A stretch of 64,000 nt of DNA from Eledone cirrhosa (lineage: Eukaryota): assembly GCA_964016885.1 (NCBI GenBank), contig OZ024756.1:44144001-44208000 (forward strand), in the 5' to 3' direction. The notes under the pieces are model-generated. The model was not told where the DNA came from, made no database searches, and saw only the letters and a list, made by a program, of their open reading frames with translations. Both the position numbers and the translations under genes were made by a program. Numbering within the stretch: position 1 is the first letter of the stretch; each line of letters begins with the position of its first letter. This document shows positions 1-15,409 of the stretch, piece by piece.

Positions 1-895
1 CTACTACGACAGAGAGGGGGGGGGAGAATATTGCTGAGAGGGGGGTATATTGCTGAGAGAGGGGGGGATGTTGCTGAGAGAGAGAGGGGGGAGTATATTG
101 CTGAGAGAGAGAGGGATAGAGAGAGAGAGAGTATATTGCTGAGAGAGAGAGAGTATATTACAGACAGAGAGAGAGTATATTACTGGGAGGGAGAGAGAGT
201 ATATTACTGAGAGAGAGTATACCAGATGTCCTCCATCTTCTCTATTGACCAGTCCAGTAGTAACACCATAAACCAGTTGTTCTACTGCAGTAACACAACA
301 ACAACTGACTCACATTTATTTATTTATTTAATTGTTTCATTATTTCTTTATTTGTTTGTTTGTTGTTGTTTTTGTGGGAATTTTGTTTTCTTTTCTCTAT
401 TTTTGATATTTGAAAATCACACAACAACAACAACAGTAATGACCACAACAACAATGGTGTGATGACAGTCATGATGGTGATGATGGTGGGGGGGGGGTAA
501 TGTTGGTGATAACCTCCAATATTTATTTCTTCATCAACAATAACATTTCAATCATTTTATCTATATTTTGTCATATTGGTTAAATCATTCCACCCCCACC
601 CCACCACCACTCCCCTCCCTGCCCCACCAATCAATTCATTTAACCCTTTCATGACACCATATTTGAATTAGTTAATGAAGAATTTGGAAGGATTCACTAT
701 AATTAAAATGGCTGGCCATTTTGTTAGTAGTGGACTAGTGTCATTAATATATGTTACTACTTGGTGATGATGATGATTCAATCCATTCTAACAGCTCCAT
801 TAATGCATAGTGAATATATAGAACAGGATAAAAAAAACAAAGAAGGAAGAAAATGAAGCCAATAATAGAAAAGTGTAGAGAAAAGATTGTTAGAG

Positions 896-1265
896 GATCA
901 TCATCATCATTTTACATCCGCTTTTCCTTGCTTGCAAGGGTGGGACAGGTCCTATTCAGCACACCATCTCTCCACTTGTCACAGTCCTTCGTCATCTCCT
1001 CCGTGAGCTTCAGCGATCTGAGGTCTGCTCTCACCACCTCCGCCCATGTTTTTCGTGGTCTTCCTCTACTATGTCTTCCTTCAACTGGCATTTCTTGGCA
1101 CTTCTTTACCCATCGGTCAACCTCCATGTGCATCACATGTCCACACCATCGCAGTCTTCTCTCCCGCACACCACAACTTATCCCTCTTATACACAGTTTC
1201 TCTCTCAACTCATCTATGCTTGGTCGTTCACGCACATTGACATTGCACATCCAACAGATGAGTTT
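896..1265 (-). mobile_element. RTE-clade LINE 3' fragment
   Basis: Minus frame reads CWMCNVNVRERPSIDELREKLCIRGISCGVRERRLRWCGHVMHM...GRPRKTWAEVV, homologous to the C-terminus of the RTE ORF at 22893-25718; ends in a (GAT)n tail. Confidence 0.9.
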
Positions 1266-1675
1266 GTTAAATAATATAATATATAATATATAACATATAA
1301 CAAATAAATATAATATAACATATAACAAGTAAATATAATATATAACAAATAAATATAATTTAATATAATATATAACAAATAAATATAATATATAATATAA
1401 TATATAACAAGTAAATATAATATATAATATATAACAAATAAATATAATTTAATATAATATATAACAGATAAATATAATATATAACAAGTAAATATTATAT
1501 ATAATATATAACAAATAAATATAATTTAATATAATATATAACAAATAAATATAATATATAACAAGTAAATATAATATATAATATATAACAAATAAATATA
1601 ATTTAATATAATATATAACAAATAAATATAATATATAATATAACACGTAATATAATATAATATATAACAAGTAAA
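1265..1675. repeat. AT-rich degenerate minisatellite (ATATAACAAATAAATATA-type)
   Basis: Visible tandem iterations. Confidence 0.8.
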
Positions 1676-2359
1676 GAATTATAGCCTGGGTTGATAAATG
1701 GAGAATTAAAGAGAATAACAGGATGTTACTCAGTGTAACTGACACAGTACATTTAGATTAGTCATGGATCAGTCATGGAAGATAATAGAAATGAAATATG
1801 AACTATAAATGATGTGTCAGGTTCTACAGTTCTACGGACAGGAAATGGTAAGTCGAAAAGATGATAAAATATTGCTCCGGCATCTAGGATGGTAATAATG
1901 TTGCTAAACATACAAACATCCTAAACCTGTACCAGTAAAAGAGACAACTACTGCACAAATATCAAACTATAGTGTGTAAAAGACACTCGCAAAGACTCAC
2001 TTCCCAACTAACATTCATCTAACTTCTGGTCTTCCATAGATAAGGAGTCTCTTCATTCTGCCTTCCATACTTCTGGAACAAGAAAATACTAGTCAAGAAC
2101 TAAAGTCGATTCTTCTCTCTCTCCTTCTCTCCCCTCTCTCTCTATATATATATCTTCCCCCTATCTTCCTAGGGCTCTACAAGAGGTCATTAAGGGTTCT
2201 GCGAGAAACAGCAATAAATAAACTTATGAATTTCTGAGTAATTTTTGTTTAATTTTATATTCGTAATTTTACAAGATACAAACAGCATATTGTAATATGG
2301 TTATTGTAATAAAGGCTTCAATCTCTTATATTATTTAAGACTATGACATTACCTATAAT

Positions 2360-2640
2360 AATTGTTTCTACTTTTGGCACATGGCCAGCAATTATCCCAG
2401 TACATTACTGGTACTTTATTTTATCGACCCTGTAAGCATGAAAGGCAAAGTTAACCTCGGCGAGATTTGAACTCAGACCATAAAGGGCCGTAACTCTTTG
2501 CTGTAAAGCATGGTGGCTGACACTCCACTGATACTGCCAATTCACTGCCCTCATTACCTATAATAATAATCGTTTCTATTTTTGGCACAAGGCCAGCAAT
2601 TACCCAGTACATTACTCGTACTTTATTTTATCGACCCCGT
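2360..2640 (-). mobile_element. tRNA-derived SINE, one near-full copy plus a partial copy
   Basis: Reverse complement of the SINE at 15410-15600 (GAGTTCAAATC box B, GTCGATAAAATAAAGTACCAG core, TTGCTGGCC...AGAAACAAT tail). Confidence 0.85.
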
Positions 2641-3407
2641 AATAATAATATTTATGGAGGGGTTCCCTGAGACATGAAAACTATTTCAATTGTTTCACGA
2701 GGATAAAAAGGTTGAGAAATGGTGTGAGTGGGAAAGTAAGATGCCCAACAGAGAGGGCAACAGCCCCAGATTAGTACTGACTTGGTCTGTGACAACCCAT
2801 CCAGTCCTTGATAGCTGGGATAATGGACATTAAATGTTGCTACTGGTGCTGGTGCTGTTGTTGTTGCTGCTGCTGGTGTTGATGATGATGATGACATTCA
2901 TAGACAAAAACACGTCCATATAAACATACAAACACAAATGCACACACACACACATATATATACAAACACATACATTTACACACACACAATAAAAGACACC
3001 ATCCAGACACACACACACACATAAATACACATACATATACATTTACACACAAACACATAATAAAAGGCACCATTCAGACACAAAACACATACACACACAC
3101 ACAAAAATGCACACACATATACATACACAACTAAACAACAACAGCAGTAAATGTAATTGTATATTTATATTTTGGGAACTTGGCCAATATTTAAGATTGA
3201 TTGTAAGAATTCCATATGGAGAAGAGGAAAACCAAAAATATCAACATTGAAAAATATACAAAAAAAACAAACAAACTTGTAATAAGGACAACAATGACAA
3301 CAACAATAACGACAACTACAGCAACAATAAGAATAATGGTTTCTTTATTGGCCACTAAGGTCTACATATAGGGGACAGTAATAATAATAGTGAGAATAAT
3401 TTCACTA

Positions 3408-3452
<45 letters not shown>

Positions 3453-3628
3453 GGAATAATAAAAATACTAATGATATTAATAATAAATGATGTTAATGGC
3501 AATGATGAAATTAAAATAGTTATCATAATAGACATTATATGTCACTTTACTGTGTTAGGAATATATTTGGAAAGTTTCATTGGAGGGTGTGTACTATCTG
3601 CTGCTAATTATATATATATATATATATA

Positions 3629-4306
3629 ACGGCGATGAATTAGTTTTGCGAGGTTTTTGATATGAAATCGTGTGTCGAAATTAAAAAAATATCTAAACAT
3701 AGAAATGACCCAGCAGTTAGGCAAATCAGAGAGGCCAGCGAAATAGAACTTAGAAAGCCAAGGCTAAACAGAAAAAATGAATGGAATAACAACACCCAAA
3801 CAAACAACACTGACCTAAGAGAAGTATAAAAATATAAAAAAAATAAATAAATAAATAAATAAATACATACACAAGCACAATAATAACAAACACATATAAA
3901 CACACACTAGTAAACTAAGATAGAATACAATAACCAATACACAGTCACCCAAACACTATACACACACGCAAACGCATGCGCAGAGAAGAAGACAAAAATA
4001 AATAAATAAATAAATAAACAGACTAAATAAAGATGGCGTAGGCATACAATACAACAGGAGGAAACATAATAGCACCACTGACGATGTTGCAGATGTGCAA
4101 CGAAAGAACTTTGTTAGACTATATATATGTGTTTGTGTCTATATTTTATCTGTATTTTTTACCGTTGTCAGTCAATAGTAACATTGAGGACCGAATAAAT
4201 TAAATTAACCGATATAAAAGACACAGAAGCGAAAACCAACCAAACAGTGAGTGTGTTCTGTTATTAATTCTGGCAATATTATTACACAAATATGACCCTC
4301 CCCAAG

Positions 4307-4310
<4 letters not shown>
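3629..4310 (+). mobile_element. 5'-truncated Penelope-like element with a short inverted 3'-end copy
   Basis: 3677-3829 encodes EIKKISKHRNDPAVRQIREASEIELRKPRLNRKNEW (GIY-YIG C-terminus, same family as 27342-28648); 3629-3680 is the inverted element terminus; flanked by (TA)n. Confidence 0.88.
4074..4115 (+). ncRNA. Minimal type I hammerhead ribozyme in PLE 3' region
   Basis: ACCA-CTGACGA-T-GTTGCA(GATG)TGCAAC-GAAA-GAAC-TT-TGTT; weak stem I. Confidence 0.75.
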
Positions 4311-4379
<69 letters not shown>

Positions 4380-4775
4380 ACACACACACATATATATATA
4401 TATGATTAGATATATATTTATATATGATTATATATATATATACATACATATATGGATGCATATGTAAACACCCCCTTGGTCACGAATCACAATGGGAATT
4501 GCACCTAGAAAGTTTCCCTCGGAGGCACAAGTCCAGACAAGGTTGTTTGTGGAAGACCAGCAGTCATCCATACATACCAGACTCCGCTCTCTCCATGCCA
4601 CCGATGATGTCCAAGAGAAAGTCAATGACCGATACAGCTTGGCACCAGTGACGTCGCAACTCATTTCTACAGCTGAGTAAACTGGAGCAAACGTGAAATA
4701 AAGTGTCTTGCTCAAGGAAACAACGCATCAACCAGTTTGAGATTCAAACTCACAAGGCAGGAAAAGGTAGACAGT

Positions 4776-4836
<61 letters not shown>

Positions 4837-5327
4837 TTATTCAATTTATATATATAAGAAAAATATGCAATTTTATACACACATATATATGTATGTAGAC
4901 ATATGTAAATATAGACCAATAACTAATATACAAGAACTACGGCCAGCTATGTTTTGTTTCTCTCAGTATTTAATGTAAGTCTGTTAATGATATGCTACAC
5001 TACAGTTAAAACAAGTCTGTACATGTCACACACTGTTTATTTGTGAGATCTCAAGTGAATAAATTCTGTGTCTTATGCAGCAAATGACATATGCAGTGTC
5101 TCTGTGTATGTATGTGTGGTGTGTATATAAATTTATATGTATATCATCATCATCATCATCTTGATGATATACATATATACATATATTATATATATATATA
5201 TATATATATAAACGTTAGAATATGTGTAATAAGGCCAAGACAATGCAGATATGGACATAGGAAAAAGAATGCAATAGTGAGAGATATTGATGAGAATTCG
5301 TCTTTCACCTTGAATTTATTTAAATGT

Positions 5328-5362
5328 CCTTAATTTTCGAGATAATATCTCTTCTTCGGAGG
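5328..5362 (-). ncRNA. Minimal type I hammerhead ribozyme (U4C variant)
   Basis: Minus: CCT-CCGAAGA-A-GAGAT(ATT)ATCTC-GAA-AATT-A-AGG; palindromic stem III AATT; lies in a unique island between (TA)n tracts. Confidence 0.7.
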
Positions 5363-5423
5363 GAAGTAAAAGTCTCAGACCAGCGTCTAAATTTCCAATG
5401 CTTCAAGTGAACTATAACCTCCT

Positions 5424-5470
<47 letters not shown>

Positions 5471-5637
5471 TATTTGTTTATGTTCATACGCAGAACAAAG
5501 GTGTTATCCAAGGTTTCAAGGCCCAGCTTTTGACCATACCTCCAGAAAACAAGTGGCATCAAAATAGTGACCTTTCATACACACACCCACAGACAAATAT
5601 ATATAGAGAAAAAAGCGGACGTATGATGATGATGATG

Positions 5638-5673
<36 letters not shown>

Positions 5674-6677
5674 TGAAATAGAAATAGAAGCTTTGCCGTA
5701 ATATTTTTTAGCATAATATGGGGTGTATAAACCGACTGAACAGAAAAAGCTGGGTATCGGCTCACATCTATTTCCATTCAGTGGGTTTATATTCCCCATT
5801 ATTAGACTATATTATAGTAAAAATGTTATGGCGAGAGCTGATGAAACCCTCCATCTCACCTCATAAAGCAACACACACAAAATCATCATCATTTTCTAAC
5901 CAGAAGAGCTTATATTTAAATTGTTTATCTGTGAGGTGTCTGGCTGATGAAACCCTCCATCTCACCTCATGCAAGCAACACATATCAACTCGTCGCCTTT
6001 TAAGTATCTTCCACAAATTTACCCAATCTACCTTTCATTGTGCCACCAGTGAGAGTAGCGGCTCTGAAATGAAATATAAAATATTGTGGTGTTTTCTGAG
6101 AGAAAACAGTAACATTGAAATAAGTTTCAGTTAGAAAATTAACCAATGAAAATACAGCATTAAACTAGGGCAGTGGTGGCGGTGGTGGTGGTGGTAGTGG
6201 TGGTGGTGGCGGTGGTGGTGGTGGTAGCAGTGGTGGTGGTGGCAGTGGTGGTGGCAGTGGTGGTGGCAGTGGTGGTGAGAGAGAGGAGTGTGTGTGAGAG
6301 TGACAGAGAAAAGGAAGATAGAAAAGGAAATAAATATGGGTGATATATCATCATCATCATCACAACCACTTATAAGGAGGACTGGGTACCTTTTATTGTG
6401 TCACCAGCACAACCACCTTACATCATGCAGCTGTTGAGGGTGCTGTTACTGCTGCTACTGATGATGATGATGGTGTGGCTATTACTTGTGTTGATGATGA
6501 TGATCATGGTGATGCTCTCCTCCACTCCACTCCTCCCTCACTCAACCTCTCCTCCCCCACTCAACCTCTCCATCACTCCTCTCCTCCTTTCTCTCATTCC
6601 ATCTCTCCATCTTAACCAGAACAATCTCAACAATCTCTAACACCAGTTACTGCTGTGACTCTTATAAAACCACTTGT

Positions 6678-7365
6678 GCAGCGTCACGACAGCATCACTG
6701 CAGCATCACGACAGCATCACTGCAGTGTCACGACAGCATCACTGCAGCATCACTGCAGTGTCACGACAGTGTGAGGACAGCATGAGGACAGCGTCATGAC
6801 AGCCTCACGACAGCGTGAGGACAGCGTCATAACAGCGTCACGACAGCGTGAGGACTGTATCACGACAGTGTGAGGACAGCGTGAGGACAGCGTGAGGACA
6901 GTGTCATGCCAGCGTTACAACAGCATGAGGACAGCGTCACAACAGCGTGAGGACAGTGTGAAGACAGCGTGAGGACTGTGTCACGCCAGCATTACAACAG
7001 CATGAGGACAGCGTCACAACAGCGTGAGGACAGTGTGAAGACAGTGTGAAGACAGCGTGAAGACAGCGTGAAGACAGCGTGAAAACAGCGTGAAGACAGC
7101 GTGAGGACAGCGTGAGGACAGCGTGAGGACTGCATCATGACAGCGTCACGACAGCATGAGGACAGCGTCATGGCAGCATCACAACAGCATCACGACAGTG
7201 TCACAACAGCGTGACGACAGCGTGACGACAGCGTCACGGCAGCGTCACGACAGCGTCACGACAGTGTCACGACAGCGTGACGACAGCATGACGACAGTGT
7301 CACAACAGCGTGATGACAGCGTCACGACAGCGTCACTGCAGCGTCTCAGCAGCATCACGACAGCA
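6678..7365. repeat. 11-bp minisatellite (ACAGCGTGAGG / ACAGCGTCACG variants)
   Basis: About 60 degenerate tandem units. Confidence 0.9.
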
Positions 7366-7747
7366 ATGAGAAATGCAGTAGGAAAATGAAGTAGTATTCA
7401 GGTTTTTGAAAAACGTTGTACACATGTATTTGTATGTATGTGTGTGTATATATATATATATATACATGTATTTGTATGTATGTGTGTATATATATATACA
7501 TGTATAATGTATATGTATGTATGTGTATATATATATATATACATGTATATGTATGTATGTGTGTATATATATATATATATACATGTATATGTATGTATGT
7601 ATATATATATATATATATATATGTGTATATATATATATATAATGTGGGTAATAATAAATATTACCCAGTTACAAGTATGAATATATATATATTTGTATAT
7701 ATAAATACGTATATATTTGTATATTAATACATATATATATGTATGTA

Positions 7748-7783
<36 letters not shown>

Positions 7784-8052
7784 TTCAACAGTCTCCTTCG
7801 CTAACAAGTGCTAGATGAATGTTCACAGACCGTGCCATTTTATATATATATATATACACACACATGCTAGCACTGCTTAGCAAGGTAGATTAATAAAGGC
7901 TGTTTTATCACTAGTTAGTATTACTGTTATTGTTGTTTCAACCCTTGAAATTGTCATATATATTTTATATGCTGCACTACTTAAACAGGTGAGTGATATA
8001 TATATATAAATATAAATGATATATATGGAAAGTATATAGTAGAGAAAGCAGG

Positions 8053-8149
<97 letters not shown>

Positions 8150-8439
8150 TATGATTATCTGTATGCATACATACACACATTCATATATATATACATACAC
8201 TCATACATTCATACACACATGCATACATACATACACAGATATACATACATATATACATACATACATACATACACAGATATACATACATATATACATACAT
8301 ACATACACAGATATACATACATAGATATATATACAGTATATATTATCGTCATTATATCCAGTCTATTTTCCCAGCTAACAGATAGACTGATAGTTGGATA
8401 TCGGAAACATATGGAAACAGTCACAACTGCTACATATAG

Positions 8440-8468
8440 AGTTAGGATCTATTGAGATAGGATCTCTG

Positions 8469-8546
<78 letters not shown>

Positions 8547-8676
8547 CAGAGATAGGATCTATTGAGATAGGATCTCTGTATATATATATATATATGTATA
8601 TATATATGTATGTATGTATGTATATATATATATATATACACATACAGAGATAGGAACTATTGAGATAGGATCTCTG

Positions 8677-8680
<4 letters not shown>
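8440..8680. repeat. Compound repeat GATAGGATCTATTGAGATAGGATCTCTG + (TA)n, 3 copies
   Basis: Three visible units separated by variable (TA)n. Confidence 0.8.
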
Positions 8681-8746
<66 letters not shown>

Positions 8747-8983
8747 TATATACACATACACATATGGAGGTAGAATCCCATATATATATATACACACACA
8801 CATATATATACACATACGTGCTGATGCCCATCTTTTTGACACCCACGTGTATCTGTATATATATATATATATATATTTGTATAAATATATAAATATATCT
8901 ATAGAGAAATTTAAAAATTTATTATTTAAAACATCACACATCACATTCCAGAAGAGTGGGAATAACATATATATATATATATA

Positions 8984-9360
8984 TCATCATCATCATCACC
9001 GTTTTACGTCCGTTCTTCCACGCTAGCATGGGTTAGACGGGTTGTCCTGTTGTGGGCAGTGTCTGGTCGGCTGACCTTGTCTTGCTCATACAGGAACTGA
9101 TTATGGCTTCATTTCTACAGCTGGATGCCCTAACACCAACCTCATTTACAGTGAGTGCTGGGTGCTTTTTTGCCGTGGCACCTCCACGACCACTTTGCAC
9201 TGGGGTCCCTATCATCTCATTTCTAGAGCTGAGTAAACTGGAGCAATGTGAAATAAAGTGTCTTGCTCAAGGAAACAACACATCACCGGGTCTGAGAATT
9301 GAACTCACAACCTTTCGATTGCAAGGCCAATGCTCTAACCACTAAGCCATGTGCCTTCAC
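8984..9360 (-). mobile_element. RTE 3'-UTR segment fused to a SINE-type segment
   Basis: 8984-9190 matches the RTE 3' UTR at 22587-22850; 9220-9360 carries the GAGCAATGTGAAATAAAGTGTCTTGCTCAAGG motif also seen near 4680, 14820 and 43950. Confidence 0.8.
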
Positions 9361-9552
9361 ATATATATATATTTATATATATATGTGTTTATATATATAT
9401 ATGTTTATATATATATGTTTATATATGTTTATATATATATATGTTTATATATATATATATGTTTATATATATATGTTTATATATGTTTATATATATATAT
9501 GTTTATATATATATATATGTTTATATATATATGTTTATATATGTTTATATAT

Positions 9553-9742
9553 AACAAAGGAAATGTGGTAAGGAACCAGGTGGACCATAACGCACCAAAG
9601 TACTCAATACTTAGGGTAGTAGAGTGGGTAATAGGAACAAGACCCCGACGGCTGAGCTCAAGCCGTTTCGACGGCTAATTCTGGACTGAATTAGCCGTCG
9701 AAACGACTTGAGCTCAGCCGTCGGGGTCTTACTTGTTCCTAT
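9553..9742. mobile_element. PLE-like fold-back mini-element
   Basis: Arms of about 50 bp (9630-9680 / 9687-9742) around TGGACT; the right arm has stem-GAAACG like a hammerhead 3' half; embedded in TA-rich repeats; left end resembles 59130-59205. Confidence 0.65.
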
Positions 9743-10062
9743 GTTTATATATATATATGTTTATATATATATATATGTTTATATATATATGTTTATATAT
9801 GTTTATATATATATATATATGTTTATATATATATATATATGTTTATATATATATATGTTTATATATGTTTATATATATATGTTTATATATAAATGTTTAT
9901 ATATATTTGGATGGGTGTGTGTGGATGCCCCATTTTTTCCATTCCAGGGGTCCTATATTCCATGTTATTATATTGTTTTCTTTCTGTGGTGAAAAATATG
10001 GTGAGAGCTTTCAATTCCGTCATATTTTCAATTTCTGCCTGCTGTTTAAATATACGTGTATT

Positions 10063-10124
<62 letters not shown>

Positions 10125-10259
10125 TAGAGGGGATATTTAATTTGTTGGTAATTCAACAAATATAAATGTTTATAACTGATTCAGAGCACTCGACAAGTTT
10201 TCTGGAGTAAATATTCAATGATATTAAATAAATGGAAACTATATTTATAAAACCATATT

Positions 10260-10321
10260 TATTCTATTATATATATTTCAAGGGTACCAAAAACTTTGGT
10301 ACGCTTTAATCAGATAAAATA
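10260..10321 (-). ncRNA. Type I hammerhead, probably inactivated (CTGATTA core)
   Basis: Minus: TATTTTAT-CTGATTA-AAGCGTACCAAAGTTTTTGGTACCCTT-GAA-ATATATAT-A-ATAGAATA; homologous to 29804-29868. Confidence 0.75.
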
Positions 10322-10444
10322 CAAAGAGTGTTTTATAAATTTTGACATAGCCAAGGAAACATACCTTATCATTTGAATTTTTCTTATATACACATGTATG
10401 TATATATATATATACACATGTATATATATATATACACACACGTG

Positions 10445-10476
<32 letters not shown>

Positions 10477-10484
10477 TGTATATA

Positions 10485-10529
<45 letters not shown>

Positions 10530-12184
10530 TGTATATATATATATACACACACATGTATATATATATATATATATACACACACATGTATATATATATATAT
10601 ATATATATATACCACTTATGTTGTGTGGTTTACCATGGGGTAGAACTCGTCATTCAGGTAACTCAGTCATGATGTAATGAATTATTAGGTCATTTACACA
10701 CAACACCATCATCTCTTAAGCCCCCAATACCCCTAACACCAACAACACTACAATTACCTCCCCCAAAACGCTATCTAATTTAGATGGAATGGTCATGGCT
10801 GGAATGTTTTTTTCATAGGTCTACTCTAAACAACAACTAGATAAACATTGAGAGAAAAAATAAAAATTGATACAAGTTTTGCTGAAGAAGGAATGACTTG
10901 ACCTAAAAGACCTGATAAGAGCTCTCTCTATATCAAGACCTACCATGAGATCAACAGAGGTCACTCAACCATCTGAGAACAAGAATCTAAAGTTTGTCTT
11001 AAGCCCGGAAGCTCATCAGGCCAATGAAGCAACTGAGAGTAGATGACTCCCTCACAATTGTAAGTCCAACACTCTTACCACTAGGCCATGTGCCTTCACC
11101 AAGAGCAAGAACGTGATGACCAATAGCTAATTTGGTCAGAAGTGTGTAGTGGACTGGTAATGAGCTCAGTGGAGGTCACACAACCACCTGAGAACATGGA
11201 TGGAATGACCACTAGCAGATGTGGTCAGATATGTAGAGGACTGGTCAAGCCACCTGTAAATGAAGGGACACAGACGAGAGGATGGAATACTGCCATGTCT
11301 TTTCTCTGCCATCCAACTCGTTACAACTTAAAAAACTTTACAACCTTCAATAGAAATGCAAGGAGTGGTGTGTGTGTAGGGGTGTAAGAAGCTGTGTTTG
11401 CTTAAAAAAACAAAACAAAACCAAAAGCTGAACACTATGGTAAGTTACATATAATACACAATATACACAAGAAAGAGGAAAACTGCCCAATGTTTGCCAA
11501 ATAGAAAGAACAGTAAAATCCTGATAATGGACTTGGTTGAAAGCCAGATAAGCTATTAAGATTGGAATTTTTCAGCCTATTAAATTCATATTTAGTGTGT
11601 AAATTTAGAAATACTTAAATCTGTGCTACATATCAATTAGTTTGGTTCTTTAAATGAATCCAATCTGGAAAAATGAAGACTGGAGAATCCAAAGATAAAA
11701 GACAGTGAAGAAGAAGATGAAACCAATTGTGAAGTAGTGGAGATAGAAATATTGGGAAACATCACCGAGGTACCTTAACCCTTTTGGGGATCATTGATAC
11801 CAACATGATAACTTTACAGTGTAAAGGTGATGTGAACAGAAGGAGGTGAGTGGGTTAGGTATGTGGGTGGTGTTAGGTAAATCTGATCCAGGTGGGATTT
11901 GAACTCAGAATGTAGAAAATTGTAATAAAATACTGTAAATCAATATATCTGGGCTCTACCGATACTATCCCACCCCAGCTCACTACCTTTATAATGGTTT
12001 CTGATTTAAGCACAAGGCTCACAATTTTGTTTTAGTCAAGAAAAAGGGATCAGCCCATATCCTTTGCTGTCACAGAACCTTTCTCCATTTCTGTGTTGTA
12101 TGGACTTCTGCATCAGGACTTTGAAGTTCAAATTTCAAATCAAATGTTTTTCTTATAAGGAGATAATAAAGAAAAATACACAAC

Positions 12185-12350
12185 TGTACAGGTAAAACCA
12201 ACCAGCAGGAGACCCAGGGGTAGACTCCATCCCTGTAATATGTTGGGGTAACATACATGAGCTTGACTGGTCTTGCTTGAAGAAGAAGAAGAAGAAGAAG
12301 AAGAAGAAGAAGAAGAAGAAGAAGAAGAAGAAGAAGAAGAAGAAGAAGAA
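12185..12350 (+). mobile_element. RTE-type 3' remnant with (GAA)n tail
   Basis: AGGAGACCCAGGGGTAGAC (RRPRGR) motif shared with 33815-34010 and 45800-45995, followed by (GAA)n. Confidence 0.6.
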
Positions 12351-13043
12351 ATCTGTGTATTTGTGAATATGTATATTTAAATAATTGTTTTGTTTTTTTC
12401 TTTGAATGCGTACCCGCTTGCTTAATCATATGTATGTGTCTGTATACAACTATGTGTGTGTGCACATATATGCATTCATATGAGTGTGTGTGTGTGTATT
12501 TGTGTGTTTAGATATGTTTCCTTAAACATATGTATGTGTGTATATGTGTGTGTATATGTGTGTTTATGTGTGTGTGTGTGATTAAATATGTGCCTGTTTA
12601 CGTAAACATATGTGTGCATATGGGAATGTTTGTGTAAACATATGCATGCTTATGTGTGTATGTATGTGTGTATATGTGTGTTTAAATATATGCATGTTTG
12701 TTTTTATGTGTTTGTGTGTGTATATATATGTGCAAATATGTTTCTATATGTGTGTGCATATGTGCATATATATATATACATGTACATTTGTGTATTTGTG
12801 TTTGAATGTATGCATGCATATGTGTGTGTATGTATGTGTGTATATGTATATGTGTGTGTGTATATGCATGCAAGGCTGTTTGTATGAATGTGTACATGTA
12901 TGCTACCATATGTGAGTGGGTGTATGGTATGTGAGTGAGTACTTGTGCATTCTGACACATGTTTGCATGAACCTGCCTGTGTGTGCATGTATATACACAT
13001 ATATACACATACATCTATATAATCTATATATACATACATATAT

Positions 13044-13104
<61 letters not shown>

Positions 13105-13330
13105 TATATATGTACACATATATATATAGAGATATACATGTGTGTATGAAAGTGTGTGTATGTGTGTGTCTGTGTGTGTTTTGTCCGTCCGGCAAAGATC
13201 GTTAGCTTGTGTGTGATAACGGCTCTGATCACCAACCAGATTTGAGAAGAAATAAAAAAGGAATATACACATATATACATATACACATATATACATACAT
13301 ATACACATATATACATACATATACACATAT

Positions 13331-13391
<61 letters not shown>

Positions 13392-15409
13392 GAGATTCTT
13401 GAACCTTTTGAACTGTATATATATATATACGCATACACATATATATATGCATATATATATATATATATATATATAGGGGGTAAGTGATAGTTAACAACAA
13501 CAACAGTAGACACGACGACAACAACAACAACGAAGAAGAAGGAGACGCCAGACGAAGAGAAGAGACCATCTGGAAGAGGTAGGAACGAAAGACATAACCT
13601 TCTTTGTTTTGTTATTGTTAGTGTCTTCGTATCGTTGTTGTTGTTGTTGTTGGCCCCACCATGATCATCATCACCATCATCATAGTTAAACACCATTGCT
13701 ATACCACCTCCTCTTCGTCATCATTGCTATCATCATCATCATCATCAACTGCATAACTGCAACCACCACCACCACAACCACCATCATCATCACCATTTTA
13801 TTCAGCATTACCAGTATTCCTACCTCTCACCCTATCTAAATCATCATCATCTTCCACAACATAATGCTACCATTTCTATCATAATCTTAATCCCCACCAC
13901 CACCATCATCATCATCACCACCATCACCACCATCAACACCATCACCACCACCATCATCATCACCACCATCATCAACATTGTCACTGTTGTCATATCCACT
14001 ATTTTCCTCTCCTTTCATTTTCCTCTCATTCCCAGCTGCTGCCTACATTAATCCAAACATCGTTCACATCATCATCATCATCAGAATTATTCTCATCATC
14101 ATCATCATAAACATCCTTATTTACATCATCTTCCTCCTCCTCCTCATTTAATGATGATGATGATGATTATCATCATTTCTGTAGCTGGTTAATTCCACCA
14201 CCACCACCATCAGCACCTCAACCATCACCACCACCACCACCAACCACCATCATCACCATCACCATCAGCACCACTACCACCATCATCAATACTGTAGGTG
14301 CCTCCCTCACTAAAGGTGTGTTGGTTTCTCTTCTTGTCAGCAAACATGCCAAGCTGCTGCTGCTGCTGTTGTTGTTGTTATTGCTGCTGTTGTTGCTGCA
14401 ACTATATATTTTATCTGTAACACCACCTGTGTCTTTCACTTACAGCAGCAGTAGTAACAGTAGTGGTATATACAGCAGCAACAGTTGTAGTAGTAACAGT
14501 AGTATCAGCAGCAGCAGTAGTAGTAGTAGTAGTAGCAGCAGCAGTAGTAGTAATAATAGTAGCAGTAGCAACAGCAGTAGTAGTAGCAGCAGTGGAAGCA
14601 ATAGTAGCAATAGTAGCAGTAGCAACAGTAGTAGTAGTAGCAGCAGCAGTAGCAATAGTAGCAGTAGCGGTAGCAATAGTAGCAGTAGCAATAGTAGTAG
14701 TAGCAGTAGCAATAGTAGCAGTAGAAACACTTGATAGAAGGCTTCCCCTGGACAGGACGCCAGTCTATCACAGGTTTAATTCCCCAGCTAGTACTCCCTC
14801 GGTGTACTGGAACAACAGGAAATAAAGTGTTTTGCTCAAGAACACAAAACCTGACTTGAACCTCCGACATTATGATTGTACCTCAATCAACCGAACCATT
14901 TGGCCAATTACTGGAATATCAAGATGTCATCAACTGATGTTATTGTTATTTCTTAACTCCAACACAACCTTGGTTAGTGCACTTATGATAAAAGGACATT
15001 CCAGCCATGACTATCTCATCTGCTTTTTTTAAAACATTATATCCAGGACTACATTACCTAATGTATTCTTGTTATTAAAGTTACTAAGGTGTTATTTAAA
15101 GGATGAGGCTTGGTTCCAGGATTACATTATCTGATGTGTTCTTATTAAAGTTACTAAGGTGTTATTTAAAGAAGGCTTGACTCCTGTTCCTTGCAGGTTC
15201 AGTATCTACCGATCAGTTCCAGCATTTATACAACTATGATATATCTCCATTGTTGAGTCTGATCTTCTCTTGTGTCTTTGTTCAATTCTTTTATCAAGCA
15301 TGTGATATCACATGATTTTGATATTACATACACCATATTGATATTATTACATATATCATATTGATATTAGTACATATACCATATTGATATTATTATATCA
15401 ATATATTAT

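Noticed and set aside
5836-5985. CTGATGAAAC direct repeats as hammerheads
   Set aside because: No stem II or separate GAAA/stem III; only a short local duplication.
11670-11770. Acidic open stretch ending in GAG|GTACC as an exon
   Set aside because: In-frame stop just upstream, no good acceptor, no recognisable homology.
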